A stretch of 20,000 bases of DNA. It comes from an uncultured virus (IMG/VR IMGVR_UViG_2660238084_000001) (taxonomy: Duplodnaviria; Heunggongvirae; Uroviricota; Caudoviricetes). Shown here in pieces: positions 14,888 through 20,000 of the stretch. Position 1 is the stretch's first letter, and every line of letters starts with the position of its first letter. A program made the translations under genes and the position numbers. The stretch lies in IMG/VR virus record IMGVR_UViG_2660238084_000001; one strand, 5' to 3'. The notes beneath the pieces were generated by a model. It ran no database searches. It had not been told where the DNA came from and was given only the letters and a program-made list of their open reading frames with translations.

Positions 14888-15441
14888 TCGATCTCTTCTG
14901 GCGACTGCTCGCCAAGCTACTCGCGCGCCCGGCAATCACAGCCTGGCTCATCGCCCGCGCCCAGCGCACCCCATACTTGCACATCCGGTCAGCTGATGGC
15001 CGGGAGGTGTACATGGGCCGCTGGTGGCTGTTCAACGCCTACGACCGGGAAACCCACATCGGCCGCATACGCTGGTGCCCTTGGTCGATCCGCGTGCACC
15101 ACATCATGCGGCCCGACGCCGACCGGGACCTGCACGACCATCCGTGGGACGCGCGCACGGTGATCCTTCGTGGCTGGTACACGGAACAGCGGCTGCTTGA
15201 ACACGACGATCCGGTACTGAGCGGCCTGGACGTCCCGTCAGCCGCGCAGGCCACCGAGTACATCAAGCGCAGACCGGGCTCCACCGCCCAGCTTAAGCAC
15301 GGCGAATACCACCGCATCGACGAAGTGTCACCCGGCGGCGTGTACACGCTCTTCATCACCAGCCGCTGGAAAGGCGACTGGGGCTTTCTGGTCAACGGCG
15401 TGAAGGTCGCTTGGCGTGAATACACAGGGGAAAGATCATGA
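14884..15441 (+). CDS. Cupin-fold phage protein
   Basis: ATGA overlap with the MTase stop; LHDHPW...VILRGWYTE...GEYHRI gives the HxH..E..H cupin metal ligands. Confidence 0.75.
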   Translation: MIDLFWRLLAKLLARPAITAWLIARAQRTPYLHIRSADGREVYMGRWWLFNAYDRETHIGRIRWCPWSIRVHHIMRPDADRDLHDHPWDARTVILRGWYTEQRLLEHDDPVLSGLDVPSAAQATEYIKRRPGSTAQLKHGEYHRIDEVSPGGVYTLFITSRWKGDWGFLVNGVKVAWREYTGERS

Positions 15442-15449
15442 GTGATGCA

Positions 15450-15638
15450 TCAGCCCTGCGGAGCATGAATATAACTGGTCCAGGCTTCAAAGGCTCGAAG
15501 CTGAACACCTACAGCATCATCCCAACGGGTTCCGCAGACATCCTTTGCAACTACCATCATCATTAGCGTTGCAGTCGTTGCATCGACTTGGAGCAGAAGT
15601 TCGTGACATTTGAATCTATACTCTTCGGAATCGCGCAT
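15450..15638 (-). CDS. Small hypothetical protein, paralog of 17375-17593
   Basis: Shares the H.L...D..T..LMM....V.G..W..A...Q..AF..W..Y pattern with 17375-17593. Confidence 0.7.
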   Translation of the reverse strand: MRDSEEYRFKCHELLLQVDATTATLMMMVVAKDVCGTRWDDAVGVQLRAFEAWTSYIHAPQG

Positions 15639-15750
15639 GCGTTTTGACCAGCAATGCGCCTGACCAGGAATTCCGGTCTTCTCGTACGCATCTAAACAAA
15701 CAGACTTCTTGCAAGCCCAATAATTCCACCGGCGGTACGATTGAGGCTAA

Positions 15751-16071
15751 TCAAGGATCTTTATTTCCGTAAGGAATCGTTTTTCCGACTGACGAAGACG
15801 CGGCGACGTGGCGCTCAAGCCACGCTTTGGCCCTTTCCATCCCCCAACCTGATGCCTGAGTCATTGTCTGGCCCGGACGAGAGTCGAAAGACTCCTCGAA
15901 AAGCATTGCTCCAGTCTGGGAATAAATCCCTATGAAGAGCTCCACTGAGCCAGTGCTGGACGTCCTCACTTGAACGTTTATCGAGCCTTGATCCTGCAAC
16001 CGGAAGTCGCTAAATCGGGAATGAAGGAGCGGGTTCGCCCATTCCCAAAACACCTGGCCTCTCATTCTCAT
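15751..16071 (-). CDS. Hypothetical protein (antisense moron)
   Basis: MRMRGQVFWEWANP.LH.R...INVQVR.S.TG..ELFIGIY...G.MLFEE.FDSRPG.TMT.A..WG..RA, a globular-looking sequence; AT-rich upstream region. Confidence 0.7.
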   Translation of the reverse strand: MRMRGQVFWEWANPLLHSRFSDFRLQDQGSINVQVRTSSTGSVELFIGIYSQTGAMLFEESFDSRPGQTMTQASGWGMERAKAWLERHVAASSSVGKTIPYGNKDP

Positions 16072-16286
16072 TATGCAGCCCCGATGGTTAAGGGCGCGAT
16101 TATGCATCTTTCATAAACTAATACATATCCCCTTCACAAATAGGGAAACTAACGAGAGTCGAAAGTCACGACATGCACGTATTACCAGACGACACAGCTG
16201 GACAACGCCTAATCGGGACACGTCGAACAACTCCACCCCTTCTCAATTAACTCAATGTCAGCCGCGTGTGCGGCAAGGACGAAGTC

Positions 16287-16619
16287 ATGCCCGAACAAAA
16301 GATCGCATTTATCCAGCCAGCGCCGGTCATTCGTGACGAAAACGGCTTCTTTGAACACCCGGATATGCCGGACTTCGACGAGGGCGACGGCGAAAAATGC
16401 AAAGGGTGGGTGGCTGAGCAAGCTCTTGAGGTGCGCAAGGTCGAACTTGAGTATGCAAGCGACCAAGCTGTTGCTGATCGATACTTCGAAGCGGGAGACG
16501 CTGATTGCAGTTACTGGGAGCCGGATCGCCCGGACGGCGAAGACTGGTTCTGTCTGTCAATTCATGACACCGACGACGGCCCAGTCTGCTGGTGGGCGCG
16601 GCGGCTGGTGACGCCATGA
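16287..16619 (+). CDS. Acidic hypothetical phage protein
   Basis: AAGGA SD after a small hairpin; RDENGFFEHPD...WEPDRPDGEDWF.LSIHDTDDGPVCWW; ATGA overlap with the next gene. Confidence 0.85.
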   Translation: MPEQKIAFIQPAPVIRDENGFFEHPDMPDFDEGDGEKCKGWVAEQALEVRKVELEYASDQAVADRYFEAGDADCSYWEPDRPDGEDWFCLSIHDTDDGPVCWWARRLVTP

Positions 16620-17335
16620 CCCAGGCCAAGGAACGACCGATCCTGTTCAGCGCGCCGATGGTGCGCGCCATCCTGGACGGCCGGAAGACGGTCACGCGGC
16701 GCGAGGTGAAGAAGCCAGCCGCGCTGGATTGTCTGGCTGCCGGTTTCGATCCTGCCTTTCTGGCACTGCCTGGCAACGCCGACCTATGTCCATACGGCAA
16801 GGTCGGCGACCGGCTATGGGTGCGCGAAAGCTGGCAAGACGTTCATCCAGTTCAGGTAGCTGACGGCCGTTACACGCAGCAAGGCCGTGCCGGCATACCT
16901 GGCCCGCCTGGCGTGACGTACCAAACAATTTATCGCGCTGATGGCCCGTATCCGAAGATCTACCACAGCCATCATCACCCGTACCGAACGTTGCAGCCTG
17001 ACCATGATCACGGCATGAAAAGCCCTGCAGAAAGCGGATACGCAGGCTGGACTCCAAGCATCCACATGCCGCGCTGGGCAAGCCGCATCCTGCTGGAAAT
17101 TACAGCCGTGCGCGTCGAGCGGTTGCAGGATATCAGCGAGGATCAGGCCAGAGCCGAAGGCGTACAGCTTTACACCGATCATGCCGAACTCGGTAAGTGG
17201 TGGCACGTCGATGGGATCGAAACCTACAGCGCTGACCCGCGCAAATCGTTCGAGCTCCTCTGGACATCCGTCGGCAGCGACTGGAATGCCAACCCGTGGG
17301 TCTGGGTAGTCGAGTTCAAGCCAGTGACGGCCTGA
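16616..17335 (+). CDS. ASCH/PUA-like phage protein
   Basis: PILFSAPMVRAILDGRKTVTRR (GxKxxTxR), GDRLWVRE, PSIHMPRWASRILLEIT.VRVERLQDISE..A.AEG, NPWVWVVEF. Confidence 0.8.
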   Translation: MTQAKERPILFSAPMVRAILDGRKTVTRREVKKPAALDCLAAGFDPAFLALPGNADLCPYGKVGDRLWVRESWQDVHPVQVADGRYTQQGRAGIPGPPGVTYQTIYRADGPYPKIYHSHHHPYRTLQPDHDHGMKSPAESGYAGWTPSIHMPRWASRILLEITAVRVERLQDISEDQARAEGVQLYTDHAELGKWWHVDGIETYSADPRKSFELLWTSVGSDWNANPWVWVVEFKPVTA

Positions 17336-17374
17336 CAGGCTGCCAATCGTTAGAATAAGCCTGCGTCAACGACG

Positions 17375-17593
17375 TTAGCCAATGCTGAGCAAACGCGCGG
17401 GCGGTTTCTCATCAGCCTTCCGGTAGAGATATTGACGCCATTCCCGAAAGGCGATTTGCTGACGCGAGCATGCATTCCTCCACTGCTCACCACCAACTTG
17501 CCCCACATGCAGGGCCATCATTAGCTCAGTGGCCTTGTCGAGCTCACCCACCAAATCATGTGCGTTGGTTGTATCGAAATAATTGGTGTTCAT
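17375..17593 (-). CDS. Small hypothetical protein, paralog of 15450-15638
   Basis: 72-aa ORF with an AT-rich upstream region; motif shared with 15450-15638. Confidence 0.7.
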   Translation of the reverse strand: MNTNYFDTTNAHDLVGELDKATELMMALHVGQVGGEQWRNACSRQQIAFREWRQYLYRKADEKPPARLLSIG

Positions 17594-17671
17594 AAAAATC
17601 CATTTTAATTATCGGCGATCAGTCGACTAGCCACCTCCTTAATCGTGCTCAGGCTCTGACGAGCGGTCGCT

Positions 17672-17890
17672 CTACATGATCGTAAAAATCAGCTCTCCCC
17701 TGTCAGTCATCGCCATGCCGTACTTGAGCCGGCCCAGGTACTGCTCGTGCATTGAGTAGACCCGGTCATCGATGATTCTGAAAATGAGGGTCCTGCCCGA
17801 CCATATGTTGCCGTCAGCGCCGCGTTGACCCAGCTTGGCGTTATACGGCCCGTAAACCTCGTTCGTGGTTGTGGTGCATTCCATGACCAT
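17672..17890 (-). CDS. Small beta-rich hypothetical protein (antisense moron)
   Basis: AAGGAG SD on the minus strand; start at 17890 or 17884. Confidence 0.7.
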   Translation of the reverse strand: MVMECTTTTNEVYGPYNAKLGQRGADGNIWSGRTLIFRIIDDRVYSMHEQYLGRLKYGMAMTDRGELIFTIM

Positions 17891-18013
17891 GCATCTCCTT
17901 GGTGCTAACCCAGCTCCTGCTGGCTGCGTGGACCATAGCAGTGATTGGTAGCACTTGCCGGATATCCCCTTCCCATTTACAGCCTGCCGGTGATCGGCGG
18001 GCGGAGATCTCTC

Positions 18014-18511
18014 ATGTCAGCAATTCTTCAACGCTTCCACGAAATCGCAAATGACGCACTGTTGCGGATCGGCGAGCACTGCCTGCCCGGCGCAAAGATA
18101 GCACTGGTCATCTACACCCCAGGCAAGCCTGAGGAAGACATCGTGCTCAAGGATAACGGCTTGAACGACGATGAGGTCGTCAGCACTCTGCGTCGCCGAG
18201 GGCTGAGCATCGACGGCGATAACGCTTATAAGCGCGATCTTCTGGACGCTGCAGTCGGCGCGATGGGGTTTGGTTTTCAAGGCACAAACGCACCACCTAC
18301 CGGCCACTGGGGCCAGCGCTTCTATGACCTTGGTCGCGCAGAGGCTGAGCTACGTGAAGAGTTGATCGCAGCACTCAAACTCAACCGCGAAAACCTGCGG
18401 GCATGCCAAGCGACCATCCACCTTTGCGGCGGCTTCGACCCCGCCTACGTCAACAATGCGCAGGCGGCCATGAAGGTGGCTGATGCAGTGCTGAGCAAAT
18501 CGCCTCAATAA
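18014..18511 (+). CDS. Hypothetical phage protein
   Basis: GGAG SD after hairpin GCCTGCCG-gtgat-CGGCGGGC; ATG 18014. Confidence 0.8.
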   Translation: MSAILQRFHEIANDALLRIGEHCLPGAKIALVIYTPGKPEEDIVLKDNGLNDDEVVSTLRRRGLSIDGDNAYKRDLLDAAVGAMGFGFQGTNAPPTGHWGQRFYDLGRAEAELREELIAALKLNRENLRACQATIHLCGGFDPAYVNNAQAAMKVADAVLSKSPQ

Positions 18512-18549
18512 CCCATTCCGCCGCCCAGCGCGGCCCGGAGCAGACCTCT

Positions 18550-18951
18550 ATGGCAAACAAATCTGGCGCCCAGGTAGCGCAAATCCTGCCCCGGTTCATC
18601 CGGGCAGGTGATGCCTACGGCTATCTGGGCATGTGTCGTGACGAATTCAACAAGACCGTGCGCCCAAACGTTCGGGAATTTCCCATTGGAAAACAAGGCG
18701 TCGGCTTTGATCGACTGGAGCTGGATGCGTGGGCGGATGCCTACGTCGAGAGCAAGGCGATTGAAAAGGCAGCCAATCAGGATAACAATCGGCCCCGCAG
18801 CGAGCGCCGAGGAGACACGGTATGGCGCGAAAGACAATCACCGGCCTCTACGAGAAAGGTGGCATCTGGCAAATTGACAAAGTCTACAGGGGGGAGCGAA
18901 TTCGAGAGAGCACTGGCACTGGTAACCGGCAAGAAGCCGAGCAGTACCTGA
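18550..18951 (+). CDS. xis: Excisionase / recombination directionality factor-like protein
   Basis: PRFIRAGDAYGYLGMCRDEFNKTVRP...IGKQGVGFDRLELDAWAD is a winged-helix Xis/AlpA-like pattern; lies directly upstream of and overlaps int. Confidence 0.7.
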   Translation: MANKSGAQVAQILPRFIRAGDAYGYLGMCRDEFNKTVRPNVREFPIGKQGVGFDRLELDAWADAYVESKAIEKAANQDNNRPRSERRGDTVWRERQSPASTRKVASGKLTKSTGGSEFERALALVTGKKPSST

Positions 18952-20000
18952 TTCACATGCTCGAGCGGCTTCGCCAAGAGCGGGTGTACGGTGTTCGCCG
19001 AACTCGCACTTGGGAAGAGGCAGCAACCCGTTTTTTGATTGAGTACAAGGATCAGCCATCAATCAAGCTATCAGCGCATCACCTGACTCACCTCCATCCA
19101 TACCTAAAGGACCTGCCGTTGACACACATCGACGATCAGGCTCTGGAGGAGTTTGTCGCGGATCGACTGAGCGGGATGGTTTTGCCATCAGGCAAGCAAC
19201 TGAAGCCGGTGGCACCGCGCACCGTGAATATGTCGATTGAGCGTGTCATCAGGATCCTTTCATTGTGTGCTCGCAAGTGGAGGGATGAGGAGCGCAGGCC
19301 GTGGCTCGACTCAGTGCCAATGCTGACAAAGCTCGACCTGAAGAAAAAGGTAAGGCTGCCCTACCCCATGACCTGGGAAGAGCAGTCGATCCTGTTCGGG
19401 GAATTGCCCACGCACTTGCAAAAAATGGCGTTGTTCAAAGTGAACACGGGCACCCGGGAGCAAGAGGTTTGCAAATTGAGGTGGGATTGGGAGATTCAGG
19501 TTCCGGAGCTTGGGACCAGCGTATTTCTGATCCCTTCCGATTTTGGGGGGCGGACCGAGCGATCCGGAGTGAAGAACGGCGACGAGCGCCTGGTGGTGCT
19601 CAACTCGGTGGCCAGGTCAGTGATCAACCAGCAGCGAGGACTGAGCAAGGAATGGGTGTTCCCTTACAGCGGCACGGCAATGCACCGCATGAACGATTCG
19701 GCATGGAAAAAGGCGCGGTTGAGGGCGGCGAAACTCTGGCAGGAGAGAAACCTTCGCCCTGCTCAACCTGGATATGCATCAATCAGGGTTCACGATCTCA
19801 AACACACGTTCGGCCGACGTCTGCGTGCAGCTGGCGTAACCGAGGAAGATCGCAAGGCACTGCTTGGGCATAAGAACGGCAGCATCACAAGCCATTACTC
19901 AGGCGCTGAGCTTGGCAAACTGATTGAGGCTGCAAATATGGTATCAACAACTGACTCGCGAGGGCCGGTATTGACGATATTGAAGAGGAGGATCGGATGA
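18822..20000 (+). CDS. int: Tyrosine recombinase / phage integrase (complete; TGA at 19998-20000)
   Basis: GAGGAG SD; N-terminal arm-binding-like RIRESTGT; catalytic residues in NTGTR..E, VKNG, HDLKHTF, LLGH and ITSHY. Confidence 0.95.
   Translation: MARKTITGLYEKGGIWQIDKVYRGERIRESTGTGNRQEAEQYLIHMLERLRQERVYGVRRTRTWEEAATRFLIEYKDQPSIKLSAHHLTHLHPYLKDLPLTHIDDQALEEFVADRLSGMVLPSGKQLKPVAPRTVNMSIERVIRILSLCARKWRDEERRPWLDSVPMLTKLDLKKKVRLPYPMTWEEQSILFGELPTHLQKMALFKVNTGTREQEVCKLRWDWEIQVPELGTSVFLIPSDFGGRTERSGVKNGDERLVVLNSVARSVINQQRGLSKEWVFPYSGTAMHRMNDSAWKKARLRAAKLWQERNLRPAQPGYASIRVHDLKHTFGRRLRAAGVTEEDRKALLGHKNGSITSHYSGAELGKLIEAANMVSTTDSRGPVLTILKRRIG

Larger units (their letters stand above)
1..20000. mobile_element. 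Lambdoid prophage segment: immunity region plus early-left operon through integrase
   Basis: Gene order is CI-like repressor, accessory genes, pL/OL/boxA, phage early genes, xis, int. No host housekeeping genes recognised. The att site is expected just beyond 20000. Confidence 0.95.

Noticed and set aside
19940..20000. att site or target tRNA
   Set aside because: The window ends at the int stop codon, so any att core lies outside and cannot be seen.

Overview
The window is the immunity region and complete early-left arm of a lambdoid prophage, probably in Pseudomonas (an inference from protein families and GC-rich codon use). In order on the + strand: (1) a 5'-truncated CI-like XRE/S24 repressor; (2) an accessory block with two paralogous lipoproteins, a small membrane protein, a two-gene operon (unknown protein plus XRE-HTH/ImmA-IrrE zinc peptidase, RosmerTA-like), a 43-aa secreted Cys/His peptide between twin terminators, and a DUF1652-like gene; (3) a lambda-like pL promoter with two operators, a consensus boxA and a roughly 500-nt structured leader with no N gene; (4) a long operon encoding a LuxR-type HTH, small hypothetical proteins, YfdP/YfdQ(DUF2303)-like proteins, a PAPS-reductase-family protein, a 722-aa C5 cytosine methyltransferase, a cupin, an ASCH-like protein, Xis and a tyrosine integrase that ends at the last base. 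The most notable unexplained signals are four covarying bulged-A hairpins placed in front of successive gene cassettes, a roughly 450-nt non-coding structured RNA region with a perfect 21-bp enclosing stem, a roughly 137-bp duplication flanking an antisense zinc-ribbon gene, and eight small minus-strand genes interleaved in the operon. All calls come from reading the sequence; no searches or folding programs were run.
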